This document shows positions 45,762 through 55,538 of a stretch of 64,000 bases of DNA, piece after piece. Location: the NCBI GenBank assembly GCA_963845245.1, contig CAWJRJ010000011.1, positions 32,001 through 96,000 on the forward strand. Reading direction: 5' to 3'. This stretch comes from Nitrospirota bacterium. GTDB taxonomy: Bacteria; Nitrospirota; JACRHJ01. Below the pieces are notes generated by a model. It made no database searches and had not been told where the DNA came from. It was given only the letters and a program-made list of their open reading frames with translations. The translations under genes and the position numbers were made by a program. Every line of letters begins with the position of its first letter. The first letter of the stretch is position 1.

Positions 45762-45793
45762 AAAGGCCGCTTACGTTTCCGTAAGCGGCCTTT
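45762..45793. repeat. TTAC-N6-GTAA palindrome, copy 3
   Basis: AAAGGCCGCTTAC gtttcc GTAAGCGGCCTTT just past the OMF stop. Confidence 0.85.
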
Positions 45794-45799
45794 GGGCTT

Positions 45800-47230
45800 T
45801 TAGGTTCCCCCTCCGCCAAACACCTTGTACAGCGTCACCGAGTTGGTCATCCGGGAGAGGCGCGCGCCGATCAGGTTCTGCTGGGCGGCATAGAGTGCGC
45901 GCTGGAAGATGAGGACACTCAGGTAGCTGTCCACCCCTTTCTCATAGCGGGCCTGTGATAGGCGGTAACTCTCGGCAGTGGCGTCGGTAAGCGACTGTCG
46001 GGCTGCCACCAGGTCGTCTATCGTCCCCCTGTCGGCAAGGGCGTCAGCCACCTCCCGGAAGGCGGTCTGGATCGCCTTCTCGTAACCGGCCACTGCGATG
46101 TCCCGGTCAACCTCCGCAGCCCTCAGGTTTGCCCGGTTGCTACCGGCGTTGAATATCGGAATGGATATCTGCGGGGCAAACTTCCAGGCGAATGAGCCGG
46201 GCTTGAAGAGACCGACAAGGTCATCGCTGCCGACGCCGACGGAGGAGACTAGGGTGATCCTTGGGAAGAAAGCAGCCCTGGCCGCGCCGATGTTTGCATT
46301 GGCCCCCATGAGAAGGTCCTCGGCCTGAAGGATATCCGGGCGGTTTAGCAGCACGTCCGACGGCAGGCCGGGAGTAATATCCCTAAACGCTGCTTGCGCC
46401 TCGTTGAGACTTTGCGGGAGAAGGCCGGCAGGCACCGGAGAGCCGACAACGAGGTTCAGGGCATTCTCGTCCTGCGCCTCCACTGCCATATAACGGGCTA
46501 TATCGACACGCGCCGCATCCACGCTGATCTGGGCCTGCTGGAGGTCGAGGGCGGACGCCACCCCGGCATCGAAGCGGCTTTTGACAAGTCGGTAGTTGGC
46601 TTGCTGGTTCGTCAGGGTCTCCATGGCAAGTCTTTGCCACTCCCAGTCGGCGGCTATGTCCAGGTATGTCGATGCGACCTGGGCGACAAGGCTGATCTGG
46701 ACGGCGCGCCGGGCCTGCTCTGTGGCCAGGTACTGTTCCAATGCCTGGTCCTTGAGGCTTCTTATCCTGCCGAAAAGGTCAAGCTCATATGAGCTCAGAC
46801 CTAGACCGACGCTGTACTGCCGGACTATTTCAGCTCGTCCTATGCCGGAGAGCGTCTTGGGCAACCGTTGAACATTTTCGTCTGCCACGGCATCTATCTT
46901 GGGGAACAGGTCCGACCTCTGGATCTGGTACTGTGCCCGGGAACGCTCGATATTGAGTACGGCAACGCGCAGGTCTCGGTTGTTGTTCAGGGCCATGCCG
47001 ATCAGTTCGCGCAGGTTCGGGTCAAGAAAAAACTCCTGCCATGGGATGTCGGCCACCGCTTTTTCGGACGGCTTGCCTGATGTCTCCTTGTAGGCCGGGC
47101 CGTTTGGCCATGCGGTCGGGACTGGGGCAATAGGCCGGGTATATTTTGGGGCCATGGTGGCGCAGCCGGCCAGCCAGAGGACCGCTCCCAGGGGAAGACA
47201 CAGTGCTGTAATGCGCTTTATGTTTTTCAT
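45800..47230 (-). CDS. RND efflux outer-membrane lipoprotein (OprM/NodT family)
   Basis: LAGC lipobox; NNRDLR, YELDLFG, RPDI, IGAARAAFFP. Confidence 0.92.
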   Translation of the reverse strand: MKNIKRITALCLPLGAVLWLAGCATMAPKYTRPIAPVPTAWPNGPAYKETSGKPSEKAVADIPWQEFFLDPNLRELIGMALNNNRDLRVAVLNIERSRAQYQIQRSDLFPKIDAVADENVQRLPKTLSGIGRAEIVRQYSVGLGLSSYELDLFGRIRSLKDQALEQYLATEQARRAVQISLVAQVASTYLDIAADWEWQRLAMETLTNQQANYRLVKSRFDAGVASALDLQQAQISVDAARVDIARYMAVEAQDENALNLVVGSPVPAGLLPQSLNEAQAAFRDITPGLPSDVLLNRPDILQAEDLLMGANANIGAARAAFFPRITLVSSVGVGSDDLVGLFKPGSFAWKFAPQISIPIFNAGSNRANLRAAEVDRDIAVAGYEKAIQTAFREVADALADRGTIDDLVAARQSLTDATAESYRLSQARYEKGVDSYLSVLIFQRALYAAQQNLIGARLSRMTNSVTLYKVFGGGGT

Positions 47231-47231
47231 G

Positions 47232-50200
47232 TCAGTTCACCTCCGGGGCACTTGAAGTTACGTCAGGTTGTACAGGTGGCCGCTGGCGGTGCTTCTTCAC
47301 AAACAGGCGCGAGACAAGAACAAAGAAGAACGGGATAAAGATCAGGTCGATGAATGTGGCCGAAAGCAGCCCGCCCGTGACGGCAGTCCCGATGGCGTTC
47401 TGTGCTCCGGCCCCCGCCCCGCGGGTCAGGGCAAGCGGCAAGGTGCCGAAGAAGAATGCCAGGGAGGTCATGATGACCGGGCGGAGCCTGATCTTTACTG
47501 CCGCCAGTGTGGCTTCGACCAGTTCATGGCCCTGGTGAAGCTGGTCCTTGATGAACTGGATTATCAGGATGGCGTTCTTGGTTGAAAGCCCAACGGTGGT
47601 GAGAAGGCCTATCTGGAGATAGATGTCGTTGGGGAGCACCCTTAGCGTAACTGCCGTAACCGCCCCCACCAGCCCAAGCGGCAGCATCAGCAGGTTGACG
47701 AAGGGGATGGTCCAGCTTTCATAGAGTGCCGCCACGCTAAGGAACACCACCAGCAACGAGATGGCGTAAAGGATCGGAGCCTGTTTGCCTGCGTTCTTTT
47801 CCTCGTACGAAAGGCCTGTCCACTCATAACCAGTCCCGGACGGCAGTTGGGCGGCCATCTTCTCCATCTCATCCATCGCCTCGCCGGTGCTCACGCCAGG
47901 TGCGGCCTGCCCCAGTACCTCTACGGACGGTATACCGTTGTAACGCTCCAGGCGTGGCGAGCCGAACTCCCAGCGGGCAGTGGCGAAGGCTGAAAATGGG
48001 ACCATATCTCCGGTGTTGTTGCGGACATACCAGGTGTTGATATCCTCCGGCAGCATCCGGGAATTTGGTTCCGACTGTACATAGACTTTCTTGACCCTGC
48101 CGTTCTGGATAAAGTCGTTGACGTAAGAACTTCCCCAAGCGGTGGAGAGGACTTCGTTGACCTGCTGCAGGGAGACTCCCAGGGCGCCGGCCCGCACATC
48201 GTCTATGTCGAGTTTGAACTGGGGCGAGTCGTCCTGACCGTTGGGGCGCACCGCCACCAACTTTGGATTTTTCATGGCCATCCCCAGGAGCTGGTTGCGC
48301 GCCTCCATCAGCTTATCATGCCCCAGCCCGCCCCGGTCCTGCAACTCGAAGTCGAAACCGTTTGCCACGCCCAGTTCAAGCACCGCCGGTGGCGAAAACG
48401 CGAAGGCCAGCCCGTCACGGTACTGTGAAAACGCCTTCATGGCCCGCGCGGCAATGGCTGGAGCTTTCAGGTCGGGTGACTTCCGCAGACTCCAGTCTTT
48501 GAGCTTGACAAATGCAAGCCCCATGTTCTGGCCTCGGCCGGCGAAGCTGAACCCGGCCACGGTAATAACCCCTTCCACTGTTTTTGTTTCATCCTCAAGG
48601 AAATGCCGCTCCAGCTGCCGTATGACCTTGATGGTCCTTTCCTGGGTGGCCCCGGCCGGCAACTGGACCTGGCAGATAATGAACCCCTGGTCTTCATCCG
48701 GCAGGAACGAGGTCGGGAGCCGCAGAAAGAAGAACGCCATGGCGGCAACTATGGCGACATAGACCACAAGATAGCGTACAGGCTTGCCGAATGATCGGCC
48801 GACGATCCCCTCATACTTCGACCGGCTGAATTCGAATGCGGCGTTGAACACGCGGAAGAAACCCTTGAACCAGCCGGACTCGCCCGCCTTATGTCCCTTG
48901 GGTATCGGCTTGAGGATCGTTGCGCAGAGCGCCGGGGTCAGGATCATCGCCGTCAGCACCGACAATATCATGGCGGAGATGATGGTGATGGAGAACTGGC
49001 GGTAGATAATGCCGGTGGAACCGGGAAAGAAGGCCATCGGGAGAAAGACCGCCGTCAGTACGGTGGCGATGCCCCAGAGGGCGCTGGTGATCTGCCCCAT
49101 GGATTTGACGGTGGCGTCATGGGGCGACAGCCCCTCCTCGGACATGATACGCTCCACGTTCTCGACCACGACGATGGCGTCGTCGACCAGAAGCCCGATG
49201 ACTATAACCAGGGCGAACATGGTGAGGGTGTTGATGGAAAAACCGGCGGCCGACAGTACACCCATGGTGCCCAGCAGAACCACCGGGACTGCGATAGTCG
49301 GGATAAGGGTGGCGCGGATGTTCTGCAGGAACAGGAACATTATGATGAAAACCAGGAAGACTGCGATGAGCAGTGTATGTACGACCTCTTCGATCGATAT
49401 CTTGACAAACGGGGTGGTGTCGTAGGGATAGACCACCTTCATGCCATGTGGGAAGTATTTCGACAGCTCATCCATCTTGGCCTTGACCCGGTTGCCGGTA
49501 TCCAGCGCGTTGGCCCCGGCCGCCAGGCGGATTGCCATGCCGCCCAGGGGTTTCCCATTGTAATACGACTGTACCTCGTAGTTCTCCGTACCGATTTTGA
49601 CATCGGCCACATCCTTCAACTTGACCGTGGAGCCGTCCGGGTTGGTGCGGAGCACTATGGCGCCGAACTGCTCCGGGGTCTGGAGCAGGGTCCTGGCATT
49701 GATGGTAGCATTGAGCTGCTGACCCTTTACGGCAGGGACGGCTCCGAACTGGCCGGCCGACACCTGGACATTCTGGGACAGCAGCGACGCGACAACGTCA
49801 TCGGTGGTCATCTGATAGTTATCCAGTTTGGCGGGGTTCAACCAGATGCGCATGGCGTTCTGTGTGCCAAACAACAGCAGTTCCCCAACCCCATCCACCC
49901 GGCTTATGATGTCCTGGACGTTGGAGACCATGTAGTCGGTCAGGGCGTTTCTATCCATCGACCCGTCTTCCGACACGAGCCCGATGATCATCAGGAAATT
50001 TCTGGTGGATTTGACTACCTGTATTCCCGAGCGCTGTACGATCTGGGGGAGGAGGGGTATGGCCAGTTGCAGTTTGTTCTGTACCTGCACCTGGGCGATA
50101 TTGGGGTCTGTGCCGGCCTTGAAGGTCAGCGTGATGCTCACCGCCCCGGCCGAGTCGCTGGTGGAGGCCATGTATATCAGGTTGTCGATCCCGTTCAGCT

Positions 50201-50402
50201 TCTGTTCGATGACCTGGGTGACCGTATCCTGTACCGTCTGTGCCGAGGCGCCCGGGTAGACGGCGTTGATGGCGATCTGTGGCGGCGCAATAGGCGGATA
50301 CTGGGAGATCGGTAAAGTCTTTATTGCCAGGAGGCCCGCCAGCATGACCATGATGGCAATCACCCAGGCGAATATGGGTCTGTTAATGAAAAACCGGGGC
50401 AT
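47232..50402 (-). CDS. acrB: HAE1 RND efflux permease (AcrB/MexB family)
   Basis: [45 protein letters not shown]. Confidence 0.92.
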   Translation of the reverse strand: MPRFFINRPIFAWVIAIMVMLAGLLAIKTLPISQYPPIAPPQIAINAVYPGASAQTVQDTVTQVIEQKLNGIDNLIYMASTSDSAGAVSITLTFKAGTDPNIAQVQVQNKLQLAIPLLPQIVQRSGIQVVKSTRNFLMIIGLVSEDGSMDRNALTDYMVSNVQDIISRVDGVGELLLFGTQNAMRIWLNPAKLDNYQMTTDDVVASLLSQNVQVSAGQFGAVPAVKGQQLNATINARTLLQTPEQFGAIVLRTNPDGSTVKLKDVADVKIGTENYEVQSYYNGKPLGGMAIRLAAGANALDTGNRVKAKMDELSKYFPHGMKVVYPYDTTPFVKISIEEVVHTLLIAVFLVFIIMFLFLQNIRATLIPTIAVPVVLLGTMGVLSAAGFSINTLTMFALVIVIGLLVDDAIVVVENVERIMSEEGLSPHDATVKSMGQITSALWGIATVLTAVFLPMAFFPGSTGIIYRQFSITIISAMILSVLTAMILTPALCATILKPIPKGHKAGESGWFKGFFRVFNAAFEFSRSKYEGIVGRSFGKPVRYLVVYVAIVAAMAFFFLRLPTSFLPDEDQGFIICQVQLPAGATQERTIKVIRQLERHFLEDETKTVEGVITVAGFSFAGRGQNMGLAFVKLKDWSLRKSPDLKAPAIAARAMKAFSQYRDGLAFAFSPPAVLELGVANGFDFELQDRGGLGHDKLMEARNQLLGMAMKNPKLVAVRPNGQDDSPQFKLDIDDVRAGALGVSLQQVNEVLSTAWGSSYVNDFIQNGRVKKVYVQSEPNSRMLPEDINTWYVRNNTGDMVPFSAFATARWEFGSPRLERYNGIPSVEVLGQAAPGVSTGEAMDEMEKMAAQLPSGTGYEWTGLSYEEKNAGKQAPILYAISLLVVFLSVAALYESWTIPFVNLLMLPLGLVGAVTAVTLRVLPNDIYLQIGLLTTVGLSTKNAILIIQFIKDQLHQGHELVEATLAAVKIRLRPVIMTSLAFFFGTLPLALTRGAGAGAQNAIGTAVTGGLLSATFIDLIFIPFFFVLVSRLFVKKHRQRPPVQPDVTSSAPEVN

Positions 50403-50412
50403 GGGGTCTCCT

Positions 50413-51609
50413 TTACTTCTTTACTTTGGTGGTCTGCGTAGCAGCGCCGGTGTTTGTGTCTGATTTTCCGCCGAACGGCACCGCCTTGACCGGTGTTCCC
50501 GGCCGGGCCCTCTGTATCCCTTCGAGGATGACACGGTCGCCGGTATTGAGACCTTCGCTGACCAGCCAGCTGTCTCCAACGGTCCGGGCGACCTTTATGG
50601 TACGAGGCTCCACTTTCTCTTCGGCCCCCACCACCATTACCATTGCGTCTCCCTGAGGGGTACGGGTAACCCCCTGCTGAGGAACTAGTATCGCCCGGTC
50701 GTTGACCCCTTCCTCAATAACGGCCCGCACGAACATGCCCGGGAGCAGGGTCTGTTTCGGGTTCGGAAATATCGCCCGCAGGATTATGGAACCGGTGCTC
50801 TGGTCCACGGTCACTTCCGAAAATTTCAGAGTACCCTCCAACGGATAGGCATTGCCGTCCTCCAGTACCAGCTTGACCCTTGCCTGGTCGGCCCCGCCCT
50901 TTTTCATCAGACCGCTTGCAAGGTTCTGCTTCAGCTTCAGAAGCTCGGCGCTGGACTGGGTGACATCCACATACACCGTGCTAAGCTGCTGGATTGTGGC
51001 GAGCGCCACGGGCTGGTTGGCGGTAACAAGTGCACCGTCGGTCACGCTTGAGCGGCCGATACGTCCGGATATCGGCGCAGTTATCTTTGTATAGGCCAGG
51101 TTGATCCGCGCCGTTTCAAGCGCGGCTTTTGCTGCCTCGATGTCCGCCTCCGCCTGCTTGAGCTGGGCCGAGGTATCGTCTGAGTCCTGCTTGCTTACCG
51201 CGTTGATTTCAACCAATTGGCCGTAACGCTCGGCCTTTAGCCGGAGCGGGACGGCGTTTGCCTCAGCCCTGCTGAGTGCGGCCTTAGTGCTGGCATAGGC
51301 TGCCTGGTATATGGCTGGGTCGATCTGGTATAGGACCGCCCCCGCCTTGACATCCGAGCCCTCTGTGAAGAGGCGCTTCAGGATGATACCCCCGACCTGC
51401 GGCCTAACCTCGGCGACATAATACGCGGAGGTGCGCCCCGGAAGCTCGGTCGTCAGCGCCACATGCTGCGGCTTTACTGTAATCACCCCGACCTCGGGAG
51501 GCGGCATCTGCTGGGGGGCGGTGGCTTTTTTCCCGCAACCGCCGGTTATAAACACGCCCGCCATGACGACGATGGCGGCTGCATACCTAATACTGTTATG
51601 GACTTGCAT
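50413..51609 (-). CDS. acrA: RND efflux membrane-fusion lipoprotein (AcrA/MexA family)
   Basis: [32 protein letters not shown]. Confidence 0.9.
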   Translation of the reverse strand: MQVHNSIRYAAAIVVMAGVFITGGCGKKATAPQQMPPPEVGVITVKPQHVALTTELPGRTSAYYVAEVRPQVGGIILKRLFTEGSDVKAGAVLYQIDPAIYQAAYASTKAALSRAEANAVPLRLKAERYGQLVEINAVSKQDSDDTSAQLKQAEADIEAAKAALETARINLAYTKITAPISGRIGRSSVTDGALVTANQPVALATIQQLSTVYVDVTQSSAELLKLKQNLASGLMKKGGADQARVKLVLEDGNAYPLEGTLKFSEVTVDQSTGSIILRAIFPNPKQTLLPGMFVRAVIEEGVNDRAILVPQQGVTRTPQGDAMVMVVGAEEKVEPRTIKVARTVGDSWLVSEGLNTGDRVILEGIQRARPGTPVKAVPFGGKSDTNTGAATQTTKVKK

Positions 51610-51652
51610 ATATACCTCCATGGATTAAACAGTGTTTTTATATTATAGCGGT

Positions 51653-52227
51653 TTACAATTTCATTGCGTCCCAGCAGGCTGAGACCGTCAGTTCGATAAG
51701 GTTGTCGTCCAGGTTTATAAACCCGAGGATATGGTCGCGGGCCAAAGTAAGAAGCGGGCCAAAGGCGAGTCCGAAGAGGACCGGGAGAGGAAGGTCCTTC
51801 ACTATCCCTCTTAACGAGTGCTTCGTTGAAAAGTTCCTTGATTATATCCTTGTTGTTTTTGCCGAAAAGTTTCTCCCGGCGGTGGGCCACCCCGTATGGG
51901 GAGTTGTGGAACTGTTCCATAAACCTGAAACTCCAGCGGCGCTTCTATACAGTAGCGGACAAGCACTTTTCCTATGTGGAGGAAGCGGTCGCGTACCTCG
52001 CCGTCCTCAGGGTAGCCCTCCATCACCGCCGCGAAGAAACGTTCCTCCAGGTAGTGGTGCACCTCGTTTATGAGGACGTCCTTGCTCTCGAAGTAGCGGT
52101 ATATAGTCCCCGCAGCGACCCCTGCACGCTATGCTACAAGGGCCATGGGCGCACCGTGGAAACCCTGCTCCGCTACCAGGTCGAGCGTCGCACGGACGAT
52201 GGCGCATCGTTTGTCAGTTTTCTCCAT
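51653..52227 (-). pseudogene. TetR/AcrR regulator, interrupted by an in-frame TAG and frameshifts
   Basis: EQGFHGAPM..A*RAGVAAGTIYRYFESK HTH; TAG at 52129-52131; C-terminal part split over frames. Confidence 0.75.
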
Positions 52228-52241
52228 CAGAAACCTCAGTG

Positions 52242-52285
52242 AATGAACGTTCATTTTTATATCATACTCGTCCACTATTTGTCAA
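52242..52285 (-). promoter_or_regulatory. Promoter and probable TetR operator
   Basis: TTGACA-18 bp-TATAAA overlapping the perfect palindrome AATGAACGTTCATT (52242-52255). Confidence 0.65.
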
Positions 52286-52314
52286 GACCTTAGGATGTTC
52301 TTACTGATATCAAC

Positions 52315-52392
52315 AAATAAAATGGCCGTTTACATTGCTGTAAGCGGCCATTGCTTGGATGGCTCCCGGCGCGGGGTTATTAGAACCCTATT
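52315..52392 (-). repeat. TTAC-N6-GTAA palindrome, copy 4, with tRNA-3'-like fragment
   Basis: AATGGCCGTTTAC attgct GTAAGCGGCCATT; minus strand GGGTTCTAATAACCCCGCGCCGGGAGCCA precedes it. Confidence 0.75.
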
Positions 52393-52407
52393 ACGTGAAC
52401 CGCACTC

Positions 52408-52974
52408 TTACCTGACCAGGTTCAGTTTCGCTTTGGGTTGCTTTCGGGTGACCGTCATCTCCATTTCTTTCTCTTCCTTGCCCCCCTTTGGGGTAATGTA
52501 CATTTCATATTCCAAGGTATTGTCATCCACGATCCTGGTCACGCTACGCCAGTCAACCGGCCCCCTTACCGGGTCGTCATAGTTGCATTCCTGCGTGATG
52601 GTCTTGCCATCAGCGCTGGCGGTACCCTCGAAATAATAGATGGCGGTACTCATCGAGTCGACCCAGGTGGACACATACTTCCTGCTATGGTTGTCATACC
52701 CTATGAGGTTGATACCGGTGAACGGATTCCCCATCATGTCGCCGGTATACTTCTGCTGGAGATAACGTCCGTCGAGGATCATCTCCTGTTCACAGGTACC
52801 TGTGCTCTCCACCTGAGGCTTGCCGGGTTCCGTCCTTGCCCTGGTTATGGTAACCCAGCTTCCGGCCAGGCTAGCCAGCAGCTTGTGGGGTGCGCCTGGA
52901 ACCCCCAGCTTCCTGTATACCTCCATCATCGAATCCATGTCCATCTTCACCGCTTGATTTGTTCCTTTTTTCAT
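52408..52974 (-). CDS. DUF1579 family protein
   Basis: PGAPHKLL..LAGSW, GYDN, STWVDSMST; GAAGGAGG RBS. Confidence 0.8.
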   Translation of the reverse strand: MKKGTNQAVKMDMDSMMEVYRKLGVPGAPHKLLASLAGSWVTITRARTEPGKPQVESTGTCEQEMILDGRYLQQKYTGDMMGNPFTGINLIGYDNHSRKYVSTWVDSMSTAIYYFEGTASADGKTITQECNYDDPVRGPVDWRSVTRIVDDNTLEYEMYITPKGGKEEKEMEMTVTRKQPKAKLNLVR

Positions 52975-53203
52975 CAGGGACCTCCTTCAGATGTCGATTA
53001 GAAACCCGCAAAAGTAGAGGTTACGGGTTTGCCGTCTGGCACCTTTTAATTATTGTTCCTATCTAGATATATAACAGATATGGCGCCCTGCGTCAAACTG
53101 CAGGGAAGCCGCAATGGAGGCTGCCAAAGTCAGGAAGACATGCTGATTTTTGGTGAGATATTGACTACTTTGGCCATGGCAATAGAGCTTTTATCATTAT
53201 AAA

Positions 53204-55051
53204 TCAGTCTAACGGCAGTATCAGTTTGAAGGTGCTCCCTTTCCCGGCTTCGCTTTCCAGTTCGACCCTACCGCCATGCGCCTCGGCTACGGCCTTCACG
53301 ATGGAGAGTCCAAGACCTGTCCCTTTGACACCTGAAGTCTTCGGGGAGCGGTAGTATTTCTCGAAAACCTTATCCTGTTCTTCGGCATGTATGCCTTCTC
53401 CGGTATCCGCTACCGATATCAATATAAAATCGCCCCCCTTTTCACGGATTGGCTCTGCTTTCAGTGTAATCCTGCCTTCGGATTGGGTATAATTTACCGC
53501 ATTCTGGAGTAGGTTGAACACCGCCCTTTGTACCAGTTTCTGGTCGATTTTGACTTTCGGCAGGACATCCGCGATTTCCGTGTTAAAAACAAGGCCCTTT
53601 TCCTGAAAGACCTTTTCAAAACCTGCATACGTTTCTTTAAGAGTCTGGCCAATATCGTATGAAGCGACGTTTAGTGCAAACGCTCCAGCATCCATTTTTG
53701 AAACGGATAAAAAGTCCTCAACCAGGCGAGTCAGCCTCTCTCCACTAGAACGTATTGATTTTATCATGTCCATCGTATCCGCACTAAAAGTGTCAGCCAT
53801 GCCTTCAAGCAAATCCGCATATCCCATTATAGAGATGAGAGGGGACTTCAGGTCATGTGTGAGCATGGCATAAAAATCAGCTTTCTGCTGTTCAAGTTCC
53901 TTTATCTCCGTTATATCTCTTGCCGTTGATAATGACCCGGCAAAGTTGCCCTGCCCATCTTTAAGCACACGGCACCACCATGCGAGAAGGCATTTTTTGC
54001 CGTCACGACGACGCTGCCAGTTTTCAAAATAGACAATATCCTCCAAACCTTTGAAAAGAGGGATCGCTGCCCTTGTTTCCTGTTCACCCTCAAAATAGAA
54101 TGCCGCCTCTTTGCCTAAAACATCATAGCCAAAAAAGTCAAAACCTGCCTGGTTTGTCCAGGTATAGACATCATTTGTATCCACTTCCATGATAATGTCT
54201 GGAACTGCAGCCAGGATTGCCTGCTGGCGTGAAGACATTTTCGTCAACTCCTTTTCCACCTGCTTCTGCTTGTCAAGTGCAGACCTGAGCCTGTCAACCC
54301 CGCTTTTATGCTTTGACGCAAGCCAGCCTAGCAATACGATGGATGCTGTCATACGCAAGATGTGCCAGAACCACCATAGGGCGTCCCAAGGCCTTGAGTA
54401 ATCGAATGTCAGAGATGAGATGCCGAAGAGAAGCGCCAGGCAAGAAAATGTGCAATATTCTGTTTTACCGGAATTGTGAAAATCTATCATAAGGCGGACA
54501 GCGGCTGCGACGAACAACACCCCGGCTATAAAGTTAATCGCTTTTGCCGCTATGGTGAACTCTCCCTGATATAACATTGCAGGGAGTGTTTCTTTGAATG
54601 CGAGTATCCAAGATCCAAGGATTACGGATGCGGACATGACAACCCAGGGTAGCCATTTGGGATGCGGCTCCAGCCTTTTGACTACCGGGAACCAGACAAG
54701 CGCAAAAAAGAATCCGCCCATAAGGCTTGCCAAACTTCGGAGAAGGACAAAGCCGCTGCCTGTCGGGGAGACAGCATGGAAGACGTCAAGCATTCCCATG
54801 CTGAGAAAACCCATAGCAATCATCAGTGTTTTTCCGTCAGCCTCTTCCCATTCTCTAATTAGCAGAAAAAATGACATGATAATTGCTGCAAGCGCGCCGA
54901 AAGCCTCCATTGAGGAATGCACCGGCTCATTGACAAATTGCCAGCCGGGAAAAAGGTTCTGCATTGCCAGCCCCAAAATAAGCGATAACGCGCCAATTAT
55001 TGCCAGCCCGAGGTACTGCGGATTGCGCCAAATTAACAGTCTTGTCTTCAT
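53204..55051 (-). CDS. Multi-TM (MASE3-like) PAS histidine kinase
   Basis: HSSME, LDVFHA, WWFWH membrane sensor; THDLKSPL; GTGLGL. Confidence 0.85.
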   Translation of the reverse strand: MKTRLLIWRNPQYLGLAIIGALSLILGLAMQNLFPGWQFVNEPVHSSMEAFGALAAIIMSFFLLIREWEEADGKTLMIAMGFLSMGMLDVFHAVSPTGSGFVLLRSLASLMGGFFFALVWFPVVKRLEPHPKWLPWVVMSASVILGSWILAFKETLPAMLYQGEFTIAAKAINFIAGVLFVAAAVRLMIDFHNSGKTEYCTFSCLALLFGISSLTFDYSRPWDALWWFWHILRMTASIVLLGWLASKHKSGVDRLRSALDKQKQVEKELTKMSSRQQAILAAVPDIIMEVDTNDVYTWTNQAGFDFFGYDVLGKEAAFYFEGEQETRAAIPLFKGLEDIVYFENWQRRRDGKKCLLAWWCRVLKDGQGNFAGSLSTARDITEIKELEQQKADFYAMLTHDLKSPLISIMGYADLLEGMADTFSADTMDMIKSIRSSGERLTRLVEDFLSVSKMDAGAFALNVASYDIGQTLKETYAGFEKVFQEKGLVFNTEIADVLPKVKIDQKLVQRAVFNLLQNAVNYTQSEGRITLKAEPIREKGGDFILISVADTGEGIHAEEQDKVFEKYYRSPKTSGVKGTGLGLSIVKAVAEAHGGRVELESEAGKGSTFKLILPLD

Positions 55052-55201
55052 GACTTCTCCGAGTGCCGGGCGGTTATTGCTTTAAGAGTTCATTTATTCT
55101 ATTGCAATAAAATCACGTCTCTCGTAAATAACGCATTCAAATATATCATATCTAATAGCAATATTCCATATTTACCAACCTGCCAATCCAGCAATATGGA
55201 A

Positions 55202-55280
55202 AAATAAAAAGGCCGCTTACAGTGATGTAAGCGGCCATTGGTCTTTTGCTCCCCAGAGTGGACGTTTTTAGAACTTTATT
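55202..55280 (-). repeat. TTAC-N6-GTAA palindrome, copy 5, with tRNA-3'-like fragment
   Basis: AGGCCGCTTAC agtgat GTAAGCGGCCA; minus strand GTTCTAAAAACGTCCACTCTGGGGAGCAA precedes it. Confidence 0.75.
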
Positions 55281-55369
55281 GTTAGACCCAACGGGGGAGA
55301 TATTGAGTACTTTTGCAGCCGCAAAAGGCTTTAAGGAATCCGACAAGCAGATACAGATATTTTAAACCC

Positions 55370-55516
55370 CTATTGCCTCTTCGCCAACTTTTCCGCCATC
55401 TTCCTGATGAATTTTAGCTCCTCAAGGCTCATCATGCGGGCCGCTTCTGTCAGGGCTATTATTTCTATGTCAGTTTGAGATTTAATATTCGCTCCGATGG
55501 TCTTTGGTAGTTCCAT
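55370..55516 (-). CDS. 48-aa ORF, possible XRE regulator remnant
   Basis: GGAGGG RBS; MELPKTIGANIK start followed by a helical tail. Confidence 0.4.
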   Translation of the reverse strand: MELPKTIGANIKSQTDIEIIALTEAARMMSLEELKFIRKMAEKLAKRQ

Positions 55517-55538
55517 TTCCCCTCCGATTAAACTTAAT

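Noticed and set aside
45807..45818. CCCCCTCCGCCA resembling a tRNA-Ser 3' end
   Set aside because: Explained by the conserved GGG coding end of the OMF on the opposite strand
48891..50315. 474-aa plus-strand ORF
   Set aside because: Antisense shadow of acrB
53001..53035. Minus-strand GGCAAACCCG hairpin resembling a c-di-GMP-I riboswitch
   Set aside because: Lacks the GNRA loop, the GACGCAAAG junction and the second stem
24256..55236. Palindromes as CRISPR repeats or integron attC sites
   Set aside because: Kilobases apart, no spacer array or cas genes, and no RYYYAAC/GTTRRRY ends
52355..55280. Intact tRNA genes
   Set aside because: Only degenerate 3'-end-like fragments; no cloverleaf
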